A stretch of DNA of 64,000 nt from Pecten maximus (GCF_902652985.1 NC_047023.1:7192001-7256000); one strand, 5' to 3'; counted from the stretch's first letter, positions 39,338 to 51,515 are shown. Notes: generated by a model not told the origin, from the letters alone. Translations and numbers: made by a program.

Positions 39338-42300
39338 TAGTACCTGTATTTATGATATAATACAGCTATAATTTACATCCCTGACCGTACCGGTCAGCAT
39401 TAGTATATGTATTAAAGATACATTACAGCTTAAATTTACATCCCTGACCGTACAGCTCCACATACATTAATGTAAGTACCTGTATTCATGATATAATACA
39501 GCTTTAATTTACATCCCTGACTATACCGGTCAACATTAGTACCTGTATTTATGATATAGCTACAACTTTAATTTACATCCCTGACCGTACCGGTCAGCAT
39601 TAGTACCTGTATTTATGATATACAACTTTAATTTACATCCCTGACCGTACCGGTCAGCATTAGTACCTGTATTAAAGATATCTTACAGCTTTAATTTACA
39701 TCCCTGACTGTACCGGTCAACATTAGTACCTGTATTTATGATAATATACAGCTTTAATTTACATCCCTGACTGTACCGGTCAACATCAGTACCTGTATTA
39801 AAGATATAAGACAGCTTAAATTAACATCCCTGACTGTACCGGCAACATAAGTACCCGTTTTAAAGATATAATACAACTTTAATTTACATCCCTGACCGTA
39901 CCGGTCAACATTAGTACAGTACCTGTATTCATGATATAATAAAGCTTTAATCTACATCCCTGACCGTACCGGTCACCATTAGTACCTGTATTCATGATAT
40001 AATACAACTTAAATATACATCCCTGACCGTACCGGTCACCATTAGTACCTGTATTCATGATATAATACAACTTAAATTTACATCCCTGACCGTACCGGTC
40101 ACCATTAGTACCTGTATTCATGATATAATACAACTTAAATGTACATCCCTGACCGTACCGGTCAACATCAGTACCTGTATTAATGATATACTACAACTTT
40201 TGTTTACATCCTTGACCGTATACCGGTCAGCATTAGTACATGTATTTAAGATATATTACAGCTTAAATTTACATCCCTGACCGTACCGGTCAACATTAGT
40301 ACCTGTATTCATGATATAAAAAAGCTTTAATTTACATCCCTGACCGTACCGGCAACATAAGTACCCGTTTTAAAGATATAATACAACTTTAATTTACATC
40401 CCTGACCGTACCGGTCAACATTAGTACAGAACCTGTATTCATGATATAATAAAGCTTTAATTTACATCCCTGACCGTACCGGTCAACATAAGTACCTGTA
40501 TTCATGATATAATACAGCTTTAATTTAAATCCCTGACCGTACCGGTCACCATTAATACCTGTATTTATGATAGAATACAGCTTTAATTTACATCCCTGAC
40601 CGCACCGGTCAACATTAGTACCTGTATTCATGATATAATAAAGCTTTAATTTACATCACTGACCGTACCGGTCACCATTAGTACCTGTATTCATGATATA
40701 ATACAGCTTTAATTTACATCCCCGACCGTACCGGTCAATATAAGTACGTGTATTTATGATATACTACAACTTTAATTTTCATTCCTGACCGTACCGGTCA
40801 CCATTAATGCCTGTATTTATGATATAATACAGCTTTAATTTACATCCCTGACCGTACCGGTCAGCATTAGTACCCGTATTTATGATATAATACAGCTTTA
40901 ATTTACATCCCTGACCGTACCGGTCAACATTAGTACCTGTATTCATGATATAATAAAGCTTTAATCTACATCCCTGACCGTACCGGTCACCATTAGTACC
41001 TGTATTCATGATATAATAAAGCTTTAATCTACATCCCTGACCGTACCGGTCACCATTAGTACCTGTATTCATTATATATTAAAGCTTTAATTTACATCCC
41101 TGACCGTACCGGTCACCATTAGTACCTGTATTTATGATATAATACAGCTATAATTTACATCCCTGACCGTACAGCTCCACATACATTAATGTAAGTACCT
41201 GTATTCATGATATAATACAGCTTTAATTTACATCCCTGACTATACCGGTCAACATAAGTACCTGTATTTATGATATAGCTACAACTTTAATTTACATCCC
41301 TGACCGTACCGGTCAGCATTAGTACCTGTATTAAAGATATCTTACAGCTTTAATTTACATCCCTGACTGTACCGGTCAACATTAGTACCTGTATTTATGA
41401 TAATATACAGCTTTAATTTACATCCCTGACTGTACCGGTCAACATCAGTACCTGTATTAAAGATATAAGACAGCTTAAATTAACATCCCTGACTGTACCG
41501 GCAACATAAGTACCCGTTTTAAAGATATAATACAACTTTAATTTACATCCCTGACCGTACCGGTCAACATTAGTACAGTACCTGTATTCATGATATAATA
41601 AAGCTTTAATCTACATCCCTGACCGTACCGGTCACCATTAGTACCTGTATTCATGATATAATACAACTTAAATATACATCCCTGACCGTACCGGTCACCA
41701 TTAGTACCTGTATTCATGATATAATACAACTTAAATTTACATCCCTGACCGTACCGGTCACCATTAGTACCTGTATTCATGATATAATACAACTTAAATG
41801 TACATCCCTGACCGTACCGGTCAACATCAGTACCTGTATTAATGATATACTACAACTTTTATTTACATCCTTGACCGTATACCGGTCAGCATTAGTACAT
41901 GTATTTAAGATATATTACAGCTTAAATTTACATCCCTGACCGTACCGGTCAACATTAGTACCTGTATTCATGATATAAAAAAGCTTTAATTTACATCCCT
42001 GACCGTACCGGCAACATAAGTACCCGTTTTAAAGATATAATACAACTTTAATTTACATCCCTGACCGTACCGGTCAACATTAGTACAGTACCTGTATTCA
42101 TGATATAATAAAGCTTTAATTTACATCCCTGACCGTACCGGTCAGCATTAGTACCCGTATTTATGATATAATACAGCTTTAATTTACATCCCTGACCGTA
42201 CCGGTCAACATTAGTACCTGTATTCATGATATAATAAAGCTTTAATTTACATCCCTGACCGTACCGGTCACCATTAGTACCTGTATTCATGATATAATAA

Positions 42301-43517
42301 AGCTTTAATCTACATCCCTGACCGTACCGGTCACCATTAGTACCTGTATTCATGATATAATATACAACTTAAATGTACATCCCTGACCGTACCGGTCAAC
42401 ATCAGTACCTGTATTAATGATATACTACAACTTTTATTTACATCCCTGACCGTATACCGGTCAGCATTAGTACATGTATTTAAGATATATTACAGCTTAA
42501 ATTTACATCCCTGACCGTACAGGTCCACATATGTACCCGTATTCCTGATATAATACAACTTTGATTTACATCCCTGACTGTACCGGTCACCATTAGTACC
42601 TGTATTTATGATATACTACAACTTTAATTTACATCCCTGACCGTACCGGTCAATATAAGTACGTGTATTTATGATATACAACAACTTTAATTTTCATTCC
42701 TGACCGTACCGGTCACCATTAATACCTGTATTTATGATATAATACAGCTTTAATTTACATCCCTGACCGTACCGGTCAGCATTAGTACCCGTATTTATGA
42801 TATAATACAGCTTTAATTTACATCCCTGACCGTACGGGTCAACATTAGTACCTGTATTCATGATATAATAAAGCTTTAATTTACATCCCTGACCGTACCG
42901 GTCACCATTAGTACCTGTATTCATGATATAATAAAGCTTTAATCTACATCCCTGACCGTACCGGTCACCATTAGTACCTGTATTCATTATATAATAAAGC
43001 TTTAATTTACATCCCTGACCGTACCGGTCACCATTAGTACCTGTATTCATGATATAATACAACTTAAATTTACATCCCTGACCGTACAGGTCCACATATG
43101 TACCCGTATTCCTGATATAATACAACTTTGATTTACATCCCTGACTGTACCGGTCACCATTAGTACCTGTATTTATGATATACTACAACTTTAATTTACA
43201 TCCCTGACCGTACCGGTCAGCATTAGTTCCTGTATTTATGATATAATACAGCTTTAATTTACATCCCTGATCGTACCGGTCAGCATAAGTACCTGTATTT
43301 ATGATATACTACAACTTTAATTTACATTCCTGACCGTACCGGTCAACATCAGTACCTGTATTAAAGATATATTACAGATTTCATTTACATCCCTGACCGT
43401 ACCGGTCAGCATTAGTACCTGTATTAAAGATATATTACAGATTTCATTTACATCCCTGACCGTACCGGTCAACATCAGTACCTGTATTTATGATATACTA
43501 CAACTTTAATTTACATC
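39337..43517 (-). repeat. 63-bp satellite array, reverse orientation, with higher-order structure
   Basis: About 66 units of the same monomer as 31860-33305; identical blocks offset by 1659 bp (ORFs 39879-40133 and 41538-41792). Confidence 0.97.
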
Positions 43518-43561
43518 AGATTTAATGTTGAGAGGAACAGTTGTGGTATTGCCATTCGTCT

Positions 43562-43707
43562 TTAAATAACACTTAACGTGTAACAAAAGCCTGTATAGAC
43601 GTCACAGTAATGTTGTATCGAATGCACCCCGGTACAGTTGGGTCCTTCCGGTACAGACAGAGACCTGTACAGGCGGGGATGTAGGCTGATAGACCCTACT
43701 CTCCTGT
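43562..43707 (-). CDS. Candidate terminal exon of a small orphan gene, paralog B
   Basis: Acceptor CATTCTTCATCCGTACTAG|, phase 1; RRVGSISLHPRLYRSLSVPEGPNCTGVHSIQHYCDVYTGFCYTLSVI*; ATTAAA about 40 nt downstream; homologous to 31550-31626. Confidence 0.4.
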
Positions 43708-43769
43708 CTAGTACGGATGAAGAATGGCTGTGAGTGCGAGTTAGCAGTAGTTGATTTCCAAGTAACCAC

Positions 43770-46700
43770 CAATGTTTTGTTTTACATTATCTTTCTTCTT
43801 TTGTCTGTCTTTCACCTTTTCAGCTATCCCTTCTTCTACGATGGTAAACCCTAACGTTCACCCGCTAATGTTAGCATTGACAAACATGTATGATACAATT
43901 GTCCCACAGGAGTTTGTAGTGAGTAGTAGTGGAGGTGGCGGTCCGGGCTCGAGATCAATATTAAATAAAATTGTATATTGGTCTTGAGTCTGGATTGTTG
44001 CTATCTTCATTATTATTCATTGCAGGCCCCTGTGAGTAACCTTTGTATAGTTAACTTTTATGAGCATAACAGATGAGTGATTTAAATATCTTAACAGCTA
44101 ATTGTCAGGGCCTGGGGGAATATATTAAGAGAAAGGATACGTTTTCCTATCTAAGATCTAAAAATTATAACATATATTGCTTACAGGATACACACTTCAC
44201 AGAGGAAAAAGAAAATATTATACGTAGTGAATGGGGCTATGACTGTTACTTTAATTCTTTTAGATCAAATGCCAGAGGAGTTGCAATTTTATTCAATAAT
44301 AACTTTGAATTTAAAGTAAATAAAATTAAAAAAGATATGACAGGGAACTTTCTAGCTATTTCAGTTGAGTTGAAAAATACGAAATACACATTTATAACAA
44401 TTTATGGTCCAAATTCAGATGAGCCAGAGTTCTACGACATTATTAGTGAAACCATTGATAGTTTTGGAAATGATAGGGTAATTATATGTGGAGACTTTAA
44501 TCTTGTCATCAATCCAGATATAGACTATGATAAAAGCTATAGATCTGTGAACAATCCAAAGGCTAGGGGAAAAATTTTAGAAACTATTTATGATTACAAT
44601 TTAGTAGATATCTTTAGAGAGCAGCACCCAGAAATCATTAGATACACATGGAGAAAATCAAACCCATTGAAGCAGTCAAGATTAGATTTTTTTTTAGTTT
44701 CCGAAAATTTACTATCACATGTAAAAGACTCTACAATAGAAATAGGTTACCGTTCAGATCACTCGTTTCCAAAAATAACTGTTAAGCTTAATGAATTTAA
44801 GAAGGGTAAAGGATTGTGGAAATTTAACAATTCTCTACTATATGACGAAGAATATATAGATGTAGTTAATACCATTATTTTTGAAACAAAAAAACAATAT
44901 TGTTTACCAGTTTATAATCTTGAAAATATTACTGATATACCTGATTCAGAACTACAGATGACTATTGATGATCAACTTTTTCTTGAGACTTTGTTAATGA
45001 ATATAAGGGGAAAAACTATATCTCATGCAGTATATAAAAAGAAATTACAAAATTTGACTGAAAATAAGCTTATAGATTCCATTAAAGAGTTAGAACAACA
45101 AAATATACTAAATTTAGCAGAAATTGATAATAAGAAAAAGGACCTGGAAGAAATTAGAATAAAAAAGATTAAAGGTTGTATTGTAAGATCCAGGGCTAAA
45201 TGGGAAGAAGAAGGGGAGAAACCAACCAGTTATTTTTTCAGTTTAGAAAACAGAAATTATATATCAAAAATTGTTCCCCAAATTCAGCTTGACAATGGTA
45301 AAGTTATAACAAATCAAGAGGAAATCTTACAAGAAATTAGATGTTTTTATGAAAAGCTCTATAGTTCAGATGATAACCTAGAAGACGCAACTCTAGATTC
45401 TATACTTGATTTTGAGAATATTCCAAAACTTACCGCTTCAGAGTCTATAAAATTAGAAGGATTGATATCAGTAGAAGAGGCTGGCAGAACTTTGAAAAAA
45501 ATGAAAAATAACAAAAGCCCTGGATCTGATGGATACACTGTAGAATTTTTTAAATTTTTCTGGAAGCAGTTAGGTAACTTTATTGTGCGATCTCTAAACT
45601 ATGGGTATATGAAGGGGGAACTATCTATTACACAACGCCATGGGATAATTACTTGCATTCCAAAAAAGGACAAACCACGTCATTTTATTAAGAATTGGAG
45701 ACCTATAACACTATTGAACATTATATATAAAATAGCATCAGGGGTAATAGCCAATAGAATTAAGTCAGTTTTAAATAAAATTATTAGCAAGGATCAAACA
45801 GGATTTTTGGCGGGGAGGTACATAGGGGAAAATACTAGGCTTTTATTTGATGTAATGCAATATACAGAAGAAAATGACATCCCAGGAATGGTTTTAATGG
45901 TTGACTTTGAAAAAGCTTTCGATTCGGTCTCCTGGAATTTTATAATTAAAGTTTTAAGATTTTTTGGTTTTGGAAACGACATATTAAAATGGGTTAAACT
46001 TTTCAATTTTAATGTGGGGGCCACTGTAAATCAAGGGGGAAATCTTTCGTCTTTTTTCAAAATTAATAGAGGTTGTAGACAGGGCGACCCGATTGCACCA
46101 TACATCTTCATTTTATGTGCAGAAATCCTTGCGATTCGATTTAGGAATAATAGGAATATACATGGTGTTAATATTGAAAATACAGATATTTTACTATCGC
46201 AATATGCAGATGACACTTATTTGACATTAGATGGAACGGAACAGTCTCTGAAAGAATCATTAAAGGAATTGAATATGTTTGCATCTATTTCAGGTTTGAA
46301 AATAAATATTGATAAAACAGAGATCATATGGATAGGTAGTAAAAAGTATAGCCAGGAAAATTTTTTACCTGAATATAACTTACAATGGGGGAAAGAGAGG
46401 TTTACATTATTAGGAATCGATTTCTGTGTGGATCTACATAAAATGGTTAAAATGAACTTTGATAAAAAAATAGTTAAACTAAAATGTATAATCAATGCTT
46501 GGAAAAGGAGAAACATAACACCAATAGGGAAAATCCACTTAATCAAATCCCTTATGATATCACAATTTAATCATTTATTTATTACACTACCTAACCCAGA
46601 TGAAAAAACAATAAAAAATATCAATTCCGTACTTTTTGAATTTTTGTGGAATAGTAAAGTAGATAAGGTGAAAAGATCTGTTGTAATGCAGGAATATAAT

Positions 46701-48541
46701 AAAGGTGGCTTAAAAATGTTAAATATTCACAATTTTGTTGATTCATTAAAACTTAGCTGGGTAAAAAGATTATATTCATCCTCAGGAAAATGGAAATCAC
46801 TGTTGTCAAAAGCTGTAAATTTAAATAAACTCTTGAAATTCGGAGGAAACTTTATAAATATAAGTCAAGAAATATCAAGTAATATATTTTGGAAAGATGT
46901 GCTAGGGGCATGGTCAAGACTGGAAAACTGTTATAATATGAAAGTAGTCAAAGGGAGATCACTCATACAAACCCCAGTATGGTACAATAACAATATAAGA
47001 ATTGGTGGTGAGACTGTTTTTTATTCAAAATGGCATGAAAAGGGTGTTTATCTGATTAGTGATTTTTTAAAAGATATCAGATCCAAATCTTTTTTCTCAT
47101 ATGAAGAATTTTCAATTAGATATAACATTAATACAAATTTTTTGAAATATAATGGAATATTATCTGCCATTAGAAAATATTTACAAAATTTGGATACAAG
47201 TGATATTGAATTGTTATATCCTGTGTTGCCAACACATATTTCAGTATTCCTTGGAAATATCAAGGGGGTGAAAAGAATATACGAATTATTGAATACCAAA
47301 AACACACTTGAAGCCAAGGGCAAAGAAAAATGGGAAGAACACTTTGAATATAATGATGAAGATTGGATAACTATTTATACTCTTCCTTATAAAATAACTA
47401 AAAATTCTAAACTGCAGTGGCTACAATTTAGAATTTCTCATCACATTCTAACAACCAACTCTCTACTGTTTAAAACAAAATTATTAAATAACCCTTTTTG
47501 TAACCTTTGCCATTCGGATAGAGAAACAATTGTGCATTTATTTTGGGAGTGTGATGAAGTACAAAATTTTTTGGAAAGCTTTGATGAGCTGTTGATTGCA
47601 TTATACATCCCTTTCACAATAAATAAACAAACTTTGTTATTTGGTAAAATAGATAATAACAACAATCCAGCTTTTAAAGTGGACAATCTAATTATTTTAC
47701 TGATTAAGCAGTACATTTATAGGTGTAGATGTTTGCATAAATCGCTAAATATTCAATCATTTTTGTATTCTATTGTAGATCACTATAAAATACAGAAATT
47801 CATTACCAACAAGAAATGCCAGGTTACAAAATACAAATTTGTAAATGATTGGAAGAAATGGGAAAAACTAATACAAATTTTTGGTTAAGACATGTTTATT
47901 TCTTACATCCAGTTGAACATTGTTATAATTATTTTCCTCCATCTTATTTATATAATTTTTAGGTCTATGACCTCAGCCCTGATATGTCAGTAGTGCCTAT
48001 ATCTAGGTTTTGCCATCGTCTCTCCATCCTTCTCTCGCTCTATTTCCCTCTCTTCTTTTTCTCTCTCTTTTTCGTAAAAGAATTGATTTTACAGGAATTT
48101 CAATCCTCTCATTTTTCTTTTTTTCTTTTTCTTTTTTTCTTTCTTCTTCATTTTTATTTTCTGTGTGTGTAAGTGAGTGCATGTGTAAGATTGGTTGTGT
48201 ATATGTGTACTGTAAGTATATAAAAATTTCTATACGTCTGTTAAATGAATGTAGATGTATGTAAGGAAGTGCATGCGAGTGATATGTATTTGGCTATTGT
48301 TTGTTTCTAACTACATGAGCAGACATGTGAGTAAGTGTATGTGTATAAACTGTTTTGTATGTCATTATATATTTGCAAGTGTGTAAGTAGCCTCTGTAGA
48401 TGGATGTGTGACAAATATTAAAATGTATAAAAGAAAGAATTCTATGATGTACATTTCAGAGAATGTAAGAGATGTGTGATTTGTTTGTATTTATGTATAA
48501 ATGATCTTCTTCAAAAATAAAACAAATACAAAAAAAAAAAA
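43770..48541 (+). mobile_element. L1/Tx1-type non-LTR retrotransposon, probably 5'-truncated (no ORF1)
   Basis: Intact ORF2, T/GT-rich 3' UTR of ~650 bp, AATAAA near 48516 and poly(A) at 48530-48541. 5' boundary approximate; no perfect TSD identified. Confidence 0.9.
44073..47888 (+). CDS. LINE ORF2p: APE endonuclease + reverse transcriptase + C-terminal zinc finger (1271 aa)
   Basis: APE motifs TANCQGL, CLQDTH, GDFN, SRLDFFL, SDH; RT motifs SPGSDG, NWRPITLLN, DFEKAFDSV, GCRQGDP, YADD; zinc finger CNLC..ETIVHLFWEC; uninterrupted. Confidence 0.98.
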   Translation: MSDLNILTANCQGLGEYIKRKDTFSYLRSKNYNIYCLQDTHFTEEKENIIRSEWGYDCYFNSFRSNARGVAILFNNNFEFKVNKIKKDMTGNFLAISVELKNTKYTFITIYGPNSDEPEFYDIISETIDSFGNDRVIICGDFNLVINPDIDYDKSYRSVNNPKARGKILETIYDYNLVDIFREQHPEIIRYTWRKSNPLKQSRLDFFLVSENLLSHVKDSTIEIGYRSDHSFPKITVKLNEFKKGKGLWKFNNSLLYDEEYIDVVNTIIFETKKQYCLPVYNLENITDIPDSELQMTIDDQLFLETLLMNIRGKTISHAVYKKKLQNLTENKLIDSIKELEQQNILNLAEIDNKKKDLEEIRIKKIKGCIVRSRAKWEEEGEKPTSYFFSLENRNYISKIVPQIQLDNGKVITNQEEILQEIRCFYEKLYSSDDNLEDATLDSILDFENIPKLTASESIKLEGLISVEEAGRTLKKMKNNKSPGSDGYTVEFFKFFWKQLGNFIVRSLNYGYMKGELSITQRHGIITCIPKKDKPRHFIKNWRPITLLNIIYKIASGVIANRIKSVLNKIISKDQTGFLAGRYIGENTRLLFDVMQYTEENDIPGMVLMVDFEKAFDSVSWNFIIKVLRFFGFGNDILKWVKLFNFNVGATVNQGGNLSSFFKINRGCRQGDPIAPYIFILCAEILAIRFRNNRNIHGVNIENTDILLSQYADDTYLTLDGTEQSLKESLKELNMFASISGLKINIDKTEIIWIGSKKYSQENFLPEYNLQWGKERFTLLGIDFCVDLHKMVKMNFDKKIVKLKCIINAWKRRNITPIGKIHLIKSLMISQFNHLFITLPNPDEKTIKNINSVLFEFLWNSKVDKVKRSVVMQEYNKGGLKMLNIHNFVDSLKLSWVKRLYSSSGKWKSLLSKAVNLNKLLKFGGNFINISQEISSNIFWKDVLGAWSRLENCYNMKVVKGRSLIQTPVWYNNNIRIGGETVFYSKWHEKGVYLISDFLKDIRSKSFFSYEEFSIRYNINTNFLKYNGILSAIRKYLQNLDTSDIELLYPVLPTHISVFLGNIKGVKRIYELLNTKNTLEAKGKEKWEEHFEYNDEDWITIYTLPYKITKNSKLQWLQFRISHHILTTNSLLFKTKLLNNPFCNLCHSDRETIVHLFWECDEVQNFLESFDELLIALYIPFTINKQTLLFGKIDNNNNPAFKVDNLIILLIKQYIYRCRCLHKSLNIQSFLYSIVDHYKIQKFITNKKCQVTKYKFVNDWKKWEKLIQIFG

Positions 48542-48562
48542 TGGTTGTATTACATAACTTAC

Positions 48563-48601
48563 CAAATGGAAACGTACAATTTACATGATGTACAAGTAGT
48601 T
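48563..48601 (-). CDS. Candidate 39-nt exon upstream of paralog B
   Basis: TTCCATAG| ... G|GTAAGT, phase 1-1, LLVHHVNCTFPF; splices in frame to 43707 across the LINE. Confidence 0.3.
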
Positions 48602-49301
48602 CTATGGAATATCAAGCAGACATTTTAATATTATTGTAGATAAACTCTTCGGGATAACGCGTTAATCTGCTCAGATTTACAGTAACTAAATTTAAACTGA
48701 AAGATGCTAATATATTTTGTGTATTTTGTATAATCCTTTGAGATTGCAGGTGATAGTCACTGCTGGTAGACTTTTGTCCCCGGGGTTTACACTAACCCGC
48801 ATGCCATCTGGAAATACCTTTGAATACTAGCACGGTTCAGAATATACAGCCATGTGTTTGACGTTCAATTAAGATCGAATTCGGCGACTATTTCCTCTCT
48901 CTAACTAGATATTGGTGTTTTTGTCGACCTATTTAAGTTCTCTGTGTCGCCTTCTATGTATCACCAATTTAAGCCCTGAAGATTGCATACGAGTCCCTAG
49001 AAGGACGAAACAGCTGTATAATACAGTTAAATTCTTTTAAGCCCTTCTGCATCTAACTCTAGATTTAAATCTACATAATACCAGGATTGTAGATATACAA
49101 GTCGGTGAAAACCATGGGAATGTTTCGTGGTCGATATCATATCTCATTTGGAAATAGTGTATTCCCTTGTGCGATATGAAATCATGCGTATCCGATGATA
49201 GAGGATATGCCTGGTGGTTTCCTTGTCACCACCATCACTCTCATTTTAAGGATGTCATTTTGACCTATAGATTGGTACGGCGTCGTCAAAAAAAACATCT
49301 T

Positions 49302-49539
49302 GGCCCAATTGTTCAAAAGGTGATTAGCTTAATCACTTGATTAGTGAAAATTTCACTTCTCATTTGTTGAAAAACCTGAGTGTATCGTTTTAAAATTATG
49401 CCAGTTGGAACAGAACTAAGAATTACAGAATTTCATAAAGTTTTGTCAAGTAAGTTCTGCCAGAAGTTATTATACCGGGATTGAAAAAAAATGTTGTTAA
49501 AATGTGATTAGCCTAATCATCTTTTGAAAATCTGGGTCC
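49302..49539. mobile_element. MITE (PIF/Harbinger-like termini)
   Basis: TIR GGCCCAATTGTTCAAAAGGTGATTAGCTTAATC / GATTAGCCTAATCATCTTTTGAAAATCTGGGTCC. Confidence 0.7.
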
Positions 49540-50019
49540 TGGTTTTATTCTCATGAAATCCTTTTCCATAGCTATATATAGATCACCATTCAAATTGATA
49601 GTTTTCCGTATGTAGTGTGCCCTTTTTCAATAAGACAATTAAACCTTCTTGCAGATCAACTTACCAATCCAAAAACCAGTTCGTGAATATCAAAGCGAAA
49701 TAAGAATACATGCTAGTTTCACAGTTCTTTTATCAAAATAAGCATTTGACAGCTTTACAAAAGAACCACAAACAACAGCTTGAAGTCGATTCATATTTAA
49801 CATAAAAGTTGATGATATGAGTAAATATCACATAATGCATAACTTATATCACCGGTTCTCACGACATTTTAGTTGATGTTTTTTTTTTGTAATATTACAT
49901 ACATTATACGTTAATGTGTCATTGATATCAATCGTAAATTCTTCAAGATCCGGTAACACTTTCCTTTATGGTTTTTTTTTTTCTTATTTTGTATCTTCCG
50001 TTGTCTTCTGTTTTTTATG

Positions 50020-50330
50020 ACCCGCATGACCCAAGTATATGACTCCTAGTGTGTTTTGATAACACAGCCCGAAATGTCTCCAGTTTATAACTTCGTCTGG
50101 TGTGTTTTTATAAAACAACCCGAAATGTCCCCAGTATTTGACTCATTCTGTTGTGTTTTGATAACACGACCCGAAATGTCCCCAGTATGTAACTCCTTCT
50201 GGTGTGTTCTGATAACACAACCCGAAATGTCCCAAGTATATGACTTCGGCTGGTGTGTTTTTATAACACGAGCCGAAATGTCCTAGTATATGACTTCTTC
50301 TGGATGACCCGACATGACCCCAGTATATAA
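50020..50330. repeat. 51-bp tandem repeat in the presumed 3' UTR
   Basis: About 5-6 copies of ATAACACAACCCGAAATGTCCCCAGTAT-like units directly after the stop codon of the minus-strand gene. Confidence 0.85.
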
Positions 50331-50336
50331 TTCCAT

Positions 50337-50617
50337 TCAGTAGTAAGTATAGTTCGTCTCCGGTAGTCTGGTCCGGATACTGCTGAACCGTGTCGGGTTG
50401 GTTCCGGATTTGTCCTCCCAGATCTCCGATGATCGTCGACTCCTATCGTAACCCGAATTAGAATATCCCCTCTTGTTATTGTTAATACACAACACACAGC
50501 CGAGGATCCCGAGTACCAGTAAGGTCAGAATGACCAGCCACACGATAAAACCTATTATGGTGTTTCCACTGACCAGTCCGGAGCTGTATTGACACTCATT
50601 CTGCCTCTGTGACACCG
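50337..50617 (-). CDS. Collagen-EGF membrane protein, terminal exon (TM helix + cytoplasmic tail)
   Basis: TTGTAG| acceptor, phase 1; hydrophobic IIGFIVWLVILTLLVLGILGCVLCI followed by NNNKR; tail ends ETNYTYY*. Confidence 0.88.
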
Positions 50618-50789
50618 CTACAAGACAAAACAACACAAGTTACTTATTACATAATACTCAATAAACACTGACCTCCATAAGTTCATAGTGACTTTATCTG
50701 GCAACGTCAAATACATCCAACACCATATCTGACGAGTTTACAGAAATAGAAATACTTGTATTAAGTTATTTTGTTAGATTTGATTTTTG

Positions 50790-51515
50790 ATTAGACAACT
50801 TGACCTTCACCTTGACCTCTACACCACGACCGTAACATCTGGTCTGTTGCCGCCTTGTTTAATTCTGAACCACTTTGATTCATCATGTCAAGACAAAATG
50901 TAAAACGATTCAAAATGTGACCTTGACCTTTAGTCAGCTGACCATCTGTTTAATTCTGACCAACTTTGCGTTATATTGTCATATCAAATGTTCATGGGAT
51001 GTTCAGTAGAAAGATACCAAATATGATCTTGATTTCTGACCCATTGACTTTGACATAAACACACCAGTGAAATTTGAAAAAAAAAATCTGCCATGTACTT
51101 CTCAGGAAATAATATCAAAAACTTCAACTGTCTAAATCCTAGATGGTCACCTGTCGGCCATTTTGTTTCTAGATCAGACTCAAAATCAAAATGACTCGAC
51201 CAGGGATCAAAGAGGAATCTACTAGTGAAGTCTGAGAAATATCATATCCGCATTTCACAAGAAATTGCGATCGAAAACATTAATTATCATAATCGGTCAG
51301 ACATCTTTCCGGATCAGACTCACAATCAAATGTGCACAATTAGGGACCAAAGGGAACCCAAATATGTCCAGTGCTTCTCGGGAAATAGCGACAGCAAGGA
51401 TTGTTTGTGGACGGACGGAGGGACAGACGAAGGACGACAGACGGACAGATGGACGAACGGACCACGGACGAAGAACGATTTGAACAGCCCACCATCTGAG
51501 GATTATGGCTAATAA
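50790..51515 (-). mobile_element. Intronic Helentron/pearl-like element
   Basis: TGACCTTGACCTT motifs, GGCCATTTTG cores, (GGAC/AGAC)n microsatellite near 51410-51470. Confidence 0.6.

Noticed and set aside
39879-43125. MNTGTNGDRYGQGCKLKLYYI repeat ORFs
   Set aside because: Translations of the 63-bp satellite, broken by indel monomers, with no gene structure.
45794-47716. Antisense ORFs within LINE ORF2
   Set aside because: Shadow ORFs of the long sense ORF, with no recognisable motifs.
49665-49711. Minus-strand ATG exon MYSYFALIFT.. as signal peptide for paralog B
   Set aside because: It ends in phase 2 while the next candidate exon needs phase 1, so a frameshift would have to be assumed.
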